Assembly: GCA_003252295.1 (NCBI GenBank)
Contig: QKEV01000007.1
Span: 9,632 to 73,631 of the forward strand
DNA: 64,000 bases
DNA from: a bacterium
GTDB lineage: Bacteria > Patescibacteriota > Minisyncoccia > Phycocordibacterales > UBA12088
Reading direction: 5' to 3'
The notes under the pieces are model-generated. The model was given only the letters and a program-made list of their open reading frames with translations, searched no databases and had not been told where the DNA came from. Positions 1-9,956 of this stretch are shown here, piece by piece. The first letter of the stretch is position 1, and the number at the start of each line of letters is the position of its first letter. Both the position numbers and the translations under genes were made by a program.

Positions 1-1308
1 TGGTGTGATGAGGGTGCCACCATTTGCAAGTGCGGCAAGTGCTCGTACTGCTTGAAGTGGTGTCACTTGAAAACCGTACTGACCAATAGCGGTATGGTAG
101 GTGTTTCCGATACGCCATGTTGGATCATCTGGAAACATTTCTGCTTTCCATTCTGGAGACGGAATGGTACCGCTGCGTTCACCCTCTAGTTTGATGTCCG
201 TTGTACTACCAAAACCAAACCTGCTCATATAATCTTTGATGCGTGTAATACCAAGACCCTCTTGTGTACCAAATCCTCCACCTATGTAGTAGAAGTAGAC
301 GTCTGAAGAAAACGCAATACCTGTTTTGAGGTTTACAGCACCATGTGCACGCCAGTCGTTAAAGACAGTGTACTGACCTGGGTTGTATGGGTTTGCGAGA
401 CGAAGTGCACCTGTTGAGATAAAGGTGGTTTCTGGTGTGATAATACCAGCGTCTAGTGCAGCTGCACCAAGGAATGGTTTTACAATTGAACCAGGTGTAT
501 ACTGCCCAGCAAAGGTTCGGTTGAGATATGGAGTACGAGGATCGGTATTGTACTGATTTATCAGTTCTGCATTTCCTTCAATGAGTGCACTTGGGTCATA
601 CTCAGGATAGCTCGTCATTGCCAATATCTCACCAGTGGTAACATCCATCATTATCCCTGCTCCACCATAGAATGGTATGTCGTCTGCAAGTGATTTTATA
701 AAGCCATGCAAAGCCTCTTGAAGCCGTAGGTCAATGGTGAGATGTAACGGTTTCCCTGGTGTCGGTTCTTCAAGAATACTTGTGCTCACCGTATCCATAC
801 GTGCATCTGTTTCAACTATTTTGATACCATCAGTTCCCTTAAGAATGGAGTCGTACGAGAGTTCTACACCACTTACACCCTCTATGCCTTCACGAAACAG
901 GACACCACTTCTATCACGTGCAGGCATACGTACGTAGCCAAGTATGTGACCACTTCCTGTGGTGCTTGCATAGGCACGTTCATGGAATACCTCGTATACA
1001 CCATTTTCGTAGTGCGGCACATTCCATGCAAGTTCGATACCGTTACGATCGTATATAATTCCGCGTTCTGCGAAGATGCGTGTATGACCGAGTCGGTTTC
1101 GCTCAGAGAGATCTTGGTAGTGTTCTCCATCGATAAGCATAAGTTGACTTGTTCTTCCAATGATAATGAGACCAGTGAGTGTAATGAGAAGAAGTAGTGG
1201 TCGAAGTGCTCTTGGACTGATTGGTGTGATGAGTCTACCTTCAAGGGCGTTTGGGTTGTATGAAGGAAGATTGCTCGCATCAAGAAGTATCTCCTCGGGA
1301 GATATCAT
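1..1308 (-). CDS. mrdA: Penicillin-binding protein 2-like transpeptidase (N-terminal ~436 aa; gene continues beyond window start)
   Basis: Hand translation of one open - strand frame from ATG ~1308 (MISPEEILLDASNLPSYNP...). It shows an N-terminal TM anchor, a PBP dimerisation region and transpeptidase motifs (GSIVKPF = SxxK; SSD). It is absent from the ORF track only because no stop lies inside the window. It sits directly downstream of mreBCD, as in the mreBCD-mrdA operon. Confidence 0.7.
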   Translation of the reverse strand, partial: MISPEEILLDASNLPSYNPNALEGRLITPISPRALRPLLLLITLTGLIIIGRTSQLMLIDGEHYQDLSERNRLGHTRIFAERGIIYDRNGIELAWNVPHYENGVYEVFHERAYASTTGSGHILGYVRMPARDRSGVLFREGIEGVSGVELSYDSILKGTDGIKIVETDARMDTVSTSILEEPTPGKPLHLTIDLRLQEALHGFIKSLADDIPFYGGAGIMMDVTTGEILAMTSYPEYDPSALIEGNAELINQYNTDPRTPYLNRTFAGQYTPGSIVKPFLGAAALDAGIITPETTFISTGALRLANPYNPGQYTVFNDWRAHGAVNLKTGIAFSSDVYFYYIGGGFGTQEGLGITRIKDYMSRFGFGSTTDIKLEGERSGTIPSPEWKAEMFPDDPTWRIGNTYHTAIGQYGFQVTPLQAVRALAALANGGTLITP

Positions 1309-1354
1309 AGTATTTTTCCTAATACTCTTTTTTTGTTTCCACTTCCAAAACATA

Positions 1355-1630
1355 CTAGTTATCTAAGAAGCGCACCTCTTTGGTGAGTACCCATGAGATA
1401 CTGATAGTAATGAGTAGTATCGAGGTAAAGAGGTACCCTGTATGTAAAATGGTAAAAAGTTCCTGTGGATAGAGTGCATCAAGGAGTACTCCTAAAAAAA
1501 CCAACTCATACATGCGGAAAAACAGAATACCGGTAGCAGAAAGTAAAATACAGAGCCACCAGGGTGCAAGGTATATCGTTGTAAAAGTGATAATAAAAAA
1601 AAGTATTCGAACTATGGGTGAAATTTTCAT
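1355..1630 (-). CDS. mreD: Small polytopic membrane protein, probable MreD (rod shape-determining protein)
   Basis: 91 aa and very hydrophobic. It overlaps the mreC stop by 4 nt and lies between mreC and the PBP2 gene, which is the canonical mreD position. Confidence 0.45.
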   Translation of the reverse strand: MKISPIVRILFFIITFTTIYLAPWWLCILLSATGILFFRMYELVFLGVLLDALYPQELFTILHTGYLFTSILLITISISWVLTKEVRFLDN

Positions 1631-1633
1631 ACG

Positions 1634-2554
1634 CTACTCATCACCTTCCTGTTCCTCTGTATCTTCTTCCTCTTCTCCCTCAGTACTCACCTCTTTGGGT
1701 TGTAGGGAGAGTTCAACCTGTTTTGCAGCCTCTTTGGTGTCCCAGGTGTGTGTTGTGTCAATGTAAACAAACCGAAGTTCGTACATGTTCACAGGACTCC
1801 GTAGGTATGCTGTTTTATAGGCATCTTCAGGAGAAACTTGTATTGATGCAACGGTAGCAATGGGGTGTGTTGAAAGCATCGGAAGTAGGAGTGTGTCATC
1901 TTTTTCCAACGCAACATCTCGTGGTACGGTCAGCTTCATGGTACCACTCCCATATCCAACAAGTGTTGCGTGCTGTGTTGTAGAAGCTGATTCGATCACC
2001 ACATCAATGTTTGTTGTGGGTGCAGAGAAACGTCGTGCTACTGCAGTGGTTTCAAATACCTTTGAGACATAACCAATAGCAATACCTTCAGGAGTGAGAA
2101 TGAGCATGTTGTCACGTACACCTTGTTCAGAACCAACGTCAATAATAAACACATCATGTGCTGCAAGGAGAACATTGTGGAGTATTGCGGCACTTATGTA
2201 CCCTGAAGTAGGGGCGGTGTAGCCAAGCTGCTCATGTAGTTTTTCATTATCAGCTTCAAGTGCATTGAGCATAAATGTTTCGCGTTCCAAACGAGCAAGT
2301 TCAGAACGAAGAAACGCGTTTTCGCTATATAACTGTTCTTTTGTTTGCAAGGTGAGATTTAATTCTTCTGAAAGATTTTCGAGTACAACACTTTTCAGTG
2401 ACCAAAATGGTTTTCCGATAGAATGTGACAGGTTGGTGAGTGTTTCTGATACCGATGAAGATCGTAGTAAAAAAAACAGTACCACCAAGAGCGGCACTAT
2501 GAGGAGTACGTACTTATTGATCTTTCTAACTGTTTTCAAATGTTGGTAATGCAT
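1634..2554 (-). CDS. mreC: Rod shape-determining protein MreC
   Basis: N-terminal TM, coiled-coil region, beta-rich MreC core and an acidic E/D tail; it follows mreB directly. Confidence 0.8.
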   Translation of the reverse strand: MHYQHLKTVRKINKYVLLIVPLLVVLFFLLRSSSVSETLTNLSHSIGKPFWSLKSVVLENLSEELNLTLQTKEQLYSENAFLRSELARLERETFMLNALEADNEKLHEQLGYTAPTSGYISAAILHNVLLAAHDVFIIDVGSEQGVRDNMLILTPEGIAIGYVSKVFETTAVARRFSAPTTNIDVVIESASTTQHATLVGYGSGTMKLTVPRDVALEKDDTLLLPMLSTHPIATVASIQVSPEDAYKTAYLRSPVNMYELRFVYIDTTHTWDTKEAAKQVELSLQPKEVSTEGEEEEDTEEQEGDE

Positions 2555-3587
2555 CTTCTTCTAGCAGTATATCATTGTAATCTTCAAGCTTCTCAACGAT
2601 AAATCCTGTGCCACGAACCACAGAGGTGAGAGGGTCATTTGCTACGTTGACAGGTAGTTCAAGCATTGAACTCAAGAGTTCTGGTATGCCATAAATGAGT
2701 GCACCGCCTCCAGTAAGGTTAATACCAACTTTCATGATATCAGCAACAACAGTTGGTGGACTACTCTCCAACACCTCTTTAATTCCTTCAATGATTGCAT
2801 CGATACTCACTGCAACAGCATCGCGAATATCTTCATCGGTGATAACCACTTCTTTTGGAAGACCGGTAACAAGGTCGCGACCACGAACTGGTTCTTCAAG
2901 AAGTTCATCTTGTTCCAAGAGTGCACATACAGCAAACTTCAGATCTTCGGCTGTGGTCTCGCCAATGACTATTTTAAACTCATTTCTGAGATGAGCTACT
3001 ATATCGCTATTAAGCTTATCTCCTGCTGTATGAATATTCTTTGAGGTGACAATACCATTCAAGGAAAGGATGGCGATATCAGTAGTGCCGCCACCTATGT
3101 CGACCACCATACTCGCTCGTGCCTCGTGAATAGGAAGTCGCATACCTATTGCTGCAGCAATAGCTTCTTCTACAATGTGTACTTCACGTGCTCCTGCGTT
3201 ACGTGCAGCATCTCGAACGGCGCGTGACTCAACGTTGGTGATTCCTGATGGCACACCGATAACAACACGTGGTCCAACAAGTGCACGAGTACCACGTTGT
3301 GCCTTGTTGAGGAAGTACCCAATCATTTCTTCGGTCACCTCAAAGTCTGAAATAACCCCGTTTACGAGTGGGCGCACTGCACGAATATGTTGTGGTGTTC
3401 TGCCGAGCATCTCTTTTGCCTTTGCACCAACAGCAACAACCTGACCTGTCTTCTGGTTGAGTGCAACAACAGAAGGTTCATTGATGATGATCCCCTTTCC
3501 GCGAAGGTACACCAAACTATTGGTGGTACCAAGGTCGATACCAATGTCGTTAGAAAAAGGTGCGAGTACTTTTGTAAGTAATGACAT
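2526..3587 (-). CDS. mreB: Rod shape-determining actin homologue MreB
   Basis: IGIDLGTTNS phosphate-1 motif and VVDIGGGTTD; the 353 aa align with MreB over the full length. Confidence 0.95.
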   Translation of the reverse strand: MSLLTKVLAPFSNDIGIDLGTTNSLVYLRGKGIIINEPSVVALNQKTGQVVAVGAKAKEMLGRTPQHIRAVRPLVNGVISDFEVTEEMIGYFLNKAQRGTRALVGPRVVIGVPSGITNVESRAVRDAARNAGAREVHIVEEAIAAAIGMRLPIHEARASMVVDIGGGTTDIAILSLNGIVTSKNIHTAGDKLNSDIVAHLRNEFKIVIGETTAEDLKFAVCALLEQDELLEEPVRGRDLVTGLPKEVVITDEDIRDAVAVSIDAIIEGIKEVLESSPPTVVADIMKVGINLTGGGALIYGIPELLSSMLELPVNVANDPLTSVVRGTGFIVEKLEDYNDILLEEDALPTFENS

Positions 3588-3593
3588 ATCTGT

Positions 3594-4940
3594 TTACTCC
3601 TGTGTTGTGCTATCAGCAAGCAGTTCTTCTTGTGTTAGGTTTTGTACCTCACCCGTTTTACGATCAATCACTTCAAGTGTACCAGCTTCAATTGTTTTTT
3701 CACTTATGACAACACGAACGGGTATACCTAATAGGTCACTGTCTGCAAACTTCTCACCTGGACGGACATCTCTATCATCATAGAGTACCTCAATACCTTC
3801 ATTTGTGAGCGTTTCAAAGAGTGCGTCAGCTTGTCCGACAACCTTTTCTGAGTCCCCAATGCGGATCAAATGAATCGCAAATGGTGCAATACTTGCTGGC
3901 CACACCAACCCCTTCTCGTCAGCCCATAGTTCAGCAACAGTTCCCATGAGGCGATTTGGTCCAATACCATAGCTGCCCATCACGACAAGCTGATCTTCCC
4001 CTTGTTCATCCTTATAGGTGAGGTTGTGTGCTTGTGAGAAGCGTGTACCAAGATTAAAAATGTTCCCCACCTCAATGGCTTTCTTTTCGACAAAGTCATC
4101 CTTGGTGAGCCCAAGGTCTTTGAGTACTTCATCATTGTACACTTCTTTGTTCACCGCGAGATTTTCTTTCTCACATACGTAGATAATATCTTCACCAGCA
4201 TCAGAGATGGTTTGGAATTCATGACTATACTTTGCAAAAGCACCACCACTTGCAAATGTTTTATACGTGATGCCCTCAAGACCAACGCGAACAAAGACAC
4301 GCATGTACGCAAGAGCAATCGCCTCGTAAAAACGTGCATGTTCTTCATTATCTCTTGAGAACGAGTATAGGTCTTTCATGAGAAACTCTCGAGTACGCAT
4401 GATGCCACTCTTTGCTCGCACCTCATTTCTAAACTTGTTCTGTATTTGGTATGGGTACCTTGGAAGATCACGGTATGATTGAATGTGATCTTTCATCATT
4501 TTTGTGATTGGTTCCTCATGGGTCCAACCGAGTCCTATTTCAGTACCGTTTTGCAGCTTTGATTTAAACCAAACATCAACGTTTTCATCACTCCATCGGT
4601 CTGATGCCTCCCAAACTGATTTGTCTTGTAGTGTTGAAAGACGTATTTCTTGACCACCAACACTAGCCATTTCTTCACGTATAATATCGCTCACTTTTTC
4701 AAGCACACGCAATCCAAGCGGCAGGTAGCTGTAGACACCAGCCTGTTCTTTGTAGAGAAAACCGCCACGTATGAGAAGCTGCGCATTTCGTGCCACCTCA
4801 TCAGAAGGAGCTTGCTTTCTTGTTTTAGTGAAGAGTTCTGATTGTCTCAAACCAAGTGTGTAGTCTTTTGCTGTTTTTGAATTGTTCATGTTGTGCGGTA
4901 TGAAGTAGTAAATAAGCTCCCTGGTAAGTTGTAGTACCAA
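3594..4940 (-). CDS. proS: Prolyl-tRNA synthetase (class II, short form without the INS editing domain)
   Basis: Class II aaRS motifs plus a C-terminal anticodon-binding domain, typical of ProRS. The real start is probably the internal MNNSKTAKD (~4889). Confidence 0.85.
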   Translation of the reverse strand: MVLQLTRELIYYFIPHNMNNSKTAKDYTLGLRQSELFTKTRKQAPSDEVARNAQLLIRGGFLYKEQAGVYSYLPLGLRVLEKVSDIIREEMASVGGQEIRLSTLQDKSVWEASDRWSDENVDVWFKSKLQNGTEIGLGWTHEEPITKMMKDHIQSYRDLPRYPYQIQNKFRNEVRAKSGIMRTREFLMKDLYSFSRDNEEHARFYEAIALAYMRVFVRVGLEGITYKTFASGGAFAKYSHEFQTISDAGEDIIYVCEKENLAVNKEVYNDEVLKDLGLTKDDFVEKKAIEVGNIFNLGTRFSQAHNLTYKDEQGEDQLVVMGSYGIGPNRLMGTVAELWADEKGLVWPASIAPFAIHLIRIGDSEKVVGQADALFETLTNEGIEVLYDDRDVRPGEKFADSDLLGIPVRVVISEKTIEAGTLEVIDRKTGEVQNLTQEELLADSTTQE

Positions 4941-4970
4941 TCGTACTGTAATTACTGGTGATGGTCAAAG

Positions 4971-6080
4971 CTAGAACAGTTTGATGATATCACTAGCGGT
5001 AACAAGCAGCATGAGAAGGAGGAGTATTGCAAAACCTATCTGATTGGCACGATTTGCAACAGTGGGGGGGATTGGTTTTCGTGTTGCAGCTTCTATGGCA
5101 ACAAATACGAGACGACCTCCATCGAGTGCTGGGAATGGAAAGAGGTTGATGACTGCAAGGTTGAGTGATATGTAGGCACTAAAGGTCATAAGCCAGGTAA
5201 AACCAAGAGCGACAGCATCACCAACGAGACCGACAATACCTACAGGACCAGAAACCTGCGAAAGATCCTCTTTTCCTGTAATGAGGCGGAAGAGACCATT
5301 AAGAACGTCTATGAGTGAGGAGTACGTTCGTGGTACTGCCTGTACGAGTGCATCAATAAGTCCAAGTTGTTCAGTGCCTGCAAGGATCATGGTAAAACCA
5401 AGAGCATAACGTTCCGGGTCATCAGTAATGATCCCTTTTTGTGCAGACACGGTTACCTCGATCGGCTCACCTCTTCTCATGAGTGAAAAGGTTATTGGTG
5501 TACCATTACTTTCACGTACGAATTCTGAGACAGCGCCTGGTGCGAGTGCGGTATCTGAGGTGAGTGTGTTGTTTTCGGTACTGAGTGCCCGTATCTCGTC
5601 ACTTGCCTTGAGTGCCTCGTTTGCAGGTGACTCGGTTGAGAGGGAGGAGATGTAGAGTTTAACATTGTGCATGTTGCTCTGTGCTACTTCCTCAAGAGTG
5701 GTTGCTGAGGTTGGCATACCTATCATGTAGGCGCCCGCAAAGAGTACGTACGCAAGGAGAATGTTCATGCAGACACCTGCTACAAGTACGAGTGCTTGTA
5801 TGTATTTTGGTTGCTGTACGAAGCTTCTGTTTGCATCGGGTGCTTCCGGATCGTAGTGTTCAGCTGATGGATCTTCTCCCCAGATGCGCACAAAACCACC
5901 TATTGGCAAGAGGTTGATAGTGTACTCAGTTTCCCCAAACTTTTTACCAAAAAGTTTGGGTGGAAAGCCAATACCAAACTCATCAACACGAATACCGGAC
6001 TTTTTTGCAACAATAAAGTGTCCAAACTCATGGACAAGGATAAGTATGACGAGTACTACAAAAAAGATGAGGATATTCAT
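4971..6080 (-). CDS. rseP: Site-2 protease RseP (M50 zinc metalloprotease with PDZ domain)
   Basis: HEFGH zinc motif within TM1, a central PDZ region and a C-terminal LDGG motif. Confidence 0.85.
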   Translation of the reverse strand: MNILIFFVVLVILILVHEFGHFIVAKKSGIRVDEFGIGFPPKLFGKKFGETEYTINLLPIGGFVRIWGEDPSAEHYDPEAPDANRSFVQQPKYIQALVLVAGVCMNILLAYVLFAGAYMIGMPTSATTLEEVAQSNMHNVKLYISSLSTESPANEALKASDEIRALSTENNTLTSDTALAPGAVSEFVRESNGTPITFSLMRRGEPIEVTVSAQKGIITDDPERYALGFTMILAGTEQLGLIDALVQAVPRTYSSLIDVLNGLFRLITGKEDLSQVSGPVGIVGLVGDAVALGFTWLMTFSAYISLNLAVINLFPFPALDGGRLVFVAIEAATRKPIPPTVANRANQIGFAILLLLMLLVTASDIIKLF

Positions 6081-6091
6081 GTAGTACTATA

Positions 6092-6640
6092 TTACGCTGT
6101 GAGCTCCTGCTCTTTCTTCTTTGCCATTTCCTCAAGAGTTTCATTTCCCTTCTTAATGATCTTTTCCATTTCCTCCTTTGAAGAGAATTTCTCATCTTCA
6201 GTAAGTTCACCCTCCTTCTGTTGCTTTTGAATATCGCTCCAAACTTCTTCACGATGTCTTCGAAGTGTAATACGTGCTTCCTCAAGCTTAGTGCCAGTGA
6301 GTTTTATTAATTGTTCACGTCGTTCACTAGTGAGTTCTGGAAAGCTCACACGTACACCTTTCTCATCTGAACTCAAAGTTGCACCAATACCTGCATCACG
6401 TATTGCCTGTTCGATTTGGTTTATTGAGTCGCGTTCCCATGGAGAGATGCGCAGTGTGCGAGCATCCTCTACTGAAATAGTGCCTACTTGATTGAGGGGT
6501 AGCTGACTTCCGTATGACTCAATTTTAATAGTATCTAAGAGAGCTGGTGCAGCGCGTCCTGTACGTATCGCTGAGAGCTCCTCTTTGTAGTGTTGCTGTG
6601 CTTCTTCAATAGAAGTTTTTAGTGTTTTAAAATCGTACAT
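6092..6640 (-). CDS. frr: Ribosome recycling factor
   Basis: 182 aa with full-length RRF similarity (…LDTIKIESYGSQLPLNQVGTISV…). Confidence 0.93.
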   Translation of the reverse strand: MYDFKTLKTSIEEAQQHYKEELSAIRTGRAAPALLDTIKIESYGSQLPLNQVGTISVEDARTLRISPWERDSINQIEQAIRDAGIGATLSSDEKGVRVSFPELTSERREQLIKLTGTKLEEARITLRRHREEVWSDIQKQQKEGELTEDEKFSSKEEMEKIIKKGNETLEEMAKKKEQELTA

Positions 6641-6810
6641 AAATTATGTATGTTAGTAATCTCATTGTACCAGTTGTCTCCGTAACCGTGAAGTTTAAAA
6701 TATGCGATGGTGTGGCGATATTACTCAAGCAATTAGTGTATGCTTGATGGAATGATCAGTACTATTGACTACCATGATGATACTGTTGTACTGTAACAAC
6801 AGTTTATAGG

Positions 6811-7080
6811 TTGATAACAGAAAATATTCTTGTTATGCAAAATAAAACTCTGGAGGATAAGAAAGTTATGGATCATGCTATTGCATACTGTGTTTTTAAT
6901 GTTTTTTCATATGCCACATTATCTGTTGGGATTGTGTTATCTATCATTCCAATAGGAGTGATGCTCAATGAGTCAATTGAAGGTGATGGTTTTGTACTTT
7001 TATTATTTACTTTTCCATCAGCGGTTATGTTTCTTGTGTCTTGGATGATCAGAAGTTCAGTGCTACCTGTACTGACTTAA
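6811..7080 (+). CDS. Hypothetical small membrane protein (2 TM)
   Basis: Hydrophobic 89-aa ORF. A GGAGGA Shine-Dalgarno motif precedes the internal Met at ~6868, so the true start may be there. An intrinsic terminator follows. Confidence 0.4.
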   Translation: MITENILVMQNKTLEDKKVMDHAIAYCVFNVFSYATLSVGIVLSIIPIGVMLNESIEGDGFVLLLFTFPSAVMFLVSWMIRSSVLPVLT

Positions 7081-7101
7081 CCTTGTTTCTTTAAATAACA
7101 G

Positions 7102-7140
7102 AACGGTTAGAGGTGTTATCCTCTAACCGTTTAGTTCTTA
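7102..7140 (+). terminator. Rho-independent terminator (12-bp stem AACGGTTAGAGG / CCTCTAACCGTT, T-rich tail)
   Basis: Perfect inverted repeat read directly from the sequence, 20 nt after the stop of the 6811..7080 gene. Confidence 0.6.
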
Positions 7141-7241
7141 ATGTATTGAAAAAGTGTTGGTGATCTTGCTGAAATGTTGAGTTTTGTTTTGATATATGTA
7201 ATATGGCCTCAGAACCAAAAGATAAATCAATGAGGTGATAC

Positions 7242-7715
7242 ATGGGAACAATACTAGATGAGATACAGCGAGTGTTCTTTAAAGGAATGGCCGAAGGTTG
7301 GGCACAAAACATGGAGAAGGTTGCTGTACCAGGACTTCCTGGTTACAAAAAAATTACACATGTCTTTGGAGATTATGAGGTTACGGATTGCTACTGTGTG
7401 AACCAGTCTTCAAAAAAAAGTACTGGCTTTACAACGATCGCTTTTCAAAATGATCCCGTTTGGGTTATGCACTATGGAGGATGGTATCCAAAGCATGTCA
7501 TCCCCTTTCTGAAGACCTGTCTGCAGAAAGCATACGTTGATGAAAAATGTTTTCACGGTGGTCGTGGCCCAGAACTTGTTCTAGGTGAACAGTTCAAGTA
7601 CGTAAACTGGATTGGACGGAATCACTTTCATGATTTTGAAGGGGAAGAAAAAGTGATTGATTTGGACGATAATGAACTCGGCAGTCATTGGTATCGTGGC
7701 ATGTCACTTCTGTAG
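7242..7715 (+). CDS. Hypothetical protein, DUF5680-like
   Basis: GAGGTGAT Shine-Dalgarno motif 6 nt upstream. The motifs PVWVMHYGGW and ...CFHGG resemble DUF5680-type proteins as I remember them. It is a monocistronic unit bounded by terminators. Confidence 0.4.
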   Translation: MGTILDEIQRVFFKGMAEGWAQNMEKVAVPGLPGYKKITHVFGDYEVTDCYCVNQSSKKSTGFTTIAFQNDPVWVMHYGGWYPKHVIPFLKTCLQKAYVDEKCFHGGRGPELVLGEQFKYVNWIGRNHFHDFEGEEKVIDLDDNELGSHWYRGMSLL

Positions 7716-7731
7716 TTGTTTGCAGATAGCA

Positions 7732-7774
7732 AAGGTCTAATGGTTAGATCAACCATTAGACCTTTTATTTTTTC
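7732..7774 (+). terminator. Rho-independent terminator (14-bp perfect stem AAGGTCTAATGGTT / AACCATTAGACCTT plus a T9 tract)
   Basis: Read directly; it sits between the convergent 7242..7715 (+) gene and holB (-). Confidence 0.65.
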
Positions 7775-8457
7775 TAAATACTCACCGCTAAGTGCTCTAA
7801 CAGCATTTTGAGTGAGCTTGCCCTGTCTTGCAGGTAGTTGCGTACGAAAAGTACTTCTGACAGCACCCTTTTGTTTTTCTGTATTCCTTGCTTGTAGCAG
7901 TACGTTTCAAGAGTGTTGAGAAAAAGACGAGCCCCTTCCCTATCTTTGTTTTTGATGTACTGCTGTACAAGATCAAGTCGTTCCTTAATAGTTACTTGAA
8001 GAAATGTTTTAGCGTTGGCATATTCTTCTGTGTTTGCTTGTGTGTGCGTGTGGTAGGCAAGTCGTGAACGTACTGTAGGAAGGAGTGTATGCATGCTTGG
8101 CATTACGAGTACAAAATGTGTGCTCTGTGCAGGTTCTTCGAGGAGTTTTAAGAGTGCATTTTGTGCCTCACGCAAGATGCTGTTTGTAATGAGTACAAAT
8201 ACTTGCCGTTCACCAAGCGGTGCTTGGTACGCTCTCCGCTTTAGTGTACGAGCATCTTCGATAGTAAAGCGGTCTGTTTCAAGTATTGCCACATCAGGAT
8301 TACCTTCAATTGTCATATTGAAACAGTTGGTAAGGTGATCATGTGCGACGCTGTGTGCAATTGCCCGTTCTGCTTCAAGTATGTGGGCATGATGAAGGTA
8401 ATTGCTCTTGTTCATGACATACATTGTAGCATTTTTATGGTAAGAAATAGTTATCAC
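7774..8457 (-). CDS. holB: DNA polymerase III delta-prime subunit-like (clamp-loader AAA+ fold)
   Basis: LKLLEEP box and TVRSR (the SRC-type motif of clamp-loader subunits). The likely real start is MNKSNYL... Confidence 0.65.
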   Translation of the reverse strand: MITISYHKNATMYVMNKSNYLHHAHILEAERAIAHSVAHDHLTNCFNMTIEGNPDVAILETDRFTIEDARTLKRRAYQAPLGERQVFVLITNSILREAQNALLKLLEEPAQSTHFVLVMPSMHTLLPTVRSRLAYHTHTQANTEEYANAKTFLQVTIKERLDLVQQYIKNKDREGARLFLNTLETYCYKQGIQKNKRVLSEVLFVRNYLQDRASSLKMLLEHLAVSI

Positions 8458-8526
8458 CAGTTTCCACGCTTTCCACTTCCCTGTGTAAAGTTTTCACTTT
8501 GACGTTCGCTTGGTACAATAGTCTCC

Positions 8527-9936
8527 ATGTCAGGGTCACCTGAAAAATTGCGTGTTCCTCCACAGGCTGTAGAAGCTGAAAAAGCGCTCTTGGGCTCTAT
8601 TATGCTTCGACCAGACTGTATGTTTGATGTGGGTGATGTTGTTTCTCAGGATAGTTTCTATGTAGATAAGCATCGACATATCTACAAAGCGATGCGTGAT
8701 CTATTTTCAAAGAGTGAACCGATAGATGTACTCTCCGTTTCAGCACGACTCAAAGCAAACAAAGATCTTGATCGTGTTGGTGGGAGTGCCTACCTTACAG
8801 AACTCGTGAACACGGTGCCAGCAACAGCAAATGTGCATCACTATGCCGACTTGGTTCAAAAGGCTGCGACATTGCGTTCACTCATTAGTGCTGCTGATTT
8901 TATTGCGGAGTTAGGTTTTGATGAAGGTAATGATATTGAGGAAGTGCTTGATGCAGCTGAAAAAAGGATCTACGAAATAACAAACGCTCCTGGTTTGCAT
9001 AAGTTTGTTTCTATGCAGGAATCACTCGGTGAAGCATGGGACAGGATTGATCAGTTGCATAATTCTAAAGATGAAATGCGCGGTGTTCCAACCGGCTTCA
9101 AGGATCTCGATAGTCTACTTGCTGGACTTCAGAAATCTGACCTCATTATTCTTGCTGCACGACCTTCTTTTGGTAAGACCTCTCTTGCACTTGATATTGC
9201 ACGACAGAGTGCGGTGCAGCACAACACTCCAGTTGGTATCTTTTCTCTTGAAATGAGTAGTCAGCAGTTGGTTGATCGTATGCTCGCATCTGAAGCTCGT
9301 GTTGATGCATGGAAACTGCGTACCGGAAACCTCAAGACTGATGCCGAGTTTGAAAAGATACGTGAGGCAATCGATAAGTTACAAAATGCACCAATTTTCA
9401 TAGATGATAAACCAGCGAACACAGTACTCGGTATGCGTTCAACAGCACGGCGACTCAAACGAGAACACGGATTAGGTTTGATTATTATCGATTACCTTCA
9501 GATTATGGCACCATCTGGTAAGCATACGAGTGACTCCCTCGTACAACAGGTTACTGAGCTGTCACGATCACTCAAGTCACTTGCACGTGAGCTTGATGTT
9601 CCTGTGCTCTGTCTTTCACAGTTATCACGTGCAGTTGAGCAGCGACGTGGTCGTCCACGACTCTCTGATCTCCGAGACTCAGGTAGTATCGAGCAGGATG
9701 CTGATGTAGTGATGTTTATTCATCGCGAGGATAAAATGAGCGAAGATCCTTCAGCTTCCGAGAGACCAAATATTGCTGAAATACTTGTTGAGAAACACAG
9801 AAACGGTCCTGTTGGACGAGTTGAACTCTACTTTGATGCCAAAAAGACTACCTTCCTTTCAATTGAGAAGTCAGATTTCGGGGCATTTGAAGAGGAAAAG
9901 ACTGCAAATATTGCTGGCGGTGATGAAGACTGGTAA
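8527..9936 (+). CDS. dnaB: Replicative DNA helicase DnaB (no intein)
   Basis: N-terminal DnaB domain and RecA-like core with Walker A PSFGKTS and Walker B; 469 aa. Confidence 0.95.
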   Translation: MSGSPEKLRVPPQAVEAEKALLGSIMLRPDCMFDVGDVVSQDSFYVDKHRHIYKAMRDLFSKSEPIDVLSVSARLKANKDLDRVGGSAYLTELVNTVPATANVHHYADLVQKAATLRSLISAADFIAELGFDEGNDIEEVLDAAEKRIYEITNAPGLHKFVSMQESLGEAWDRIDQLHNSKDEMRGVPTGFKDLDSLLAGLQKSDLIILAARPSFGKTSLALDIARQSAVQHNTPVGIFSLEMSSQQLVDRMLASEARVDAWKLRTGNLKTDAEFEKIREAIDKLQNAPIFIDDKPANTVLGMRSTARRLKREHGLGLIIIDYLQIMAPSGKHTSDSLVQQVTELSRSLKSLARELDVPVLCLSQLSRAVEQRRGRPRLSDLRDSGSIEQDADVVMFIHREDKMSEDPSASERPNIAEILVEKHRNGPVGRVELYFDAKKTTFLSIEKSDFGAFEEEKTANIAGGDEDW

Positions 9937-9956
9937 AACCGTGTCTTAGGAGAAAG

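Noticed and set aside
882-1283. 133-aa - strand ORF 882..1283
   Set aside because: It is an out-of-frame ORF inside the PBP2 gene. The real PBP2 frame is open across 1..1308 but is missing from the track because its stop lies outside the window.
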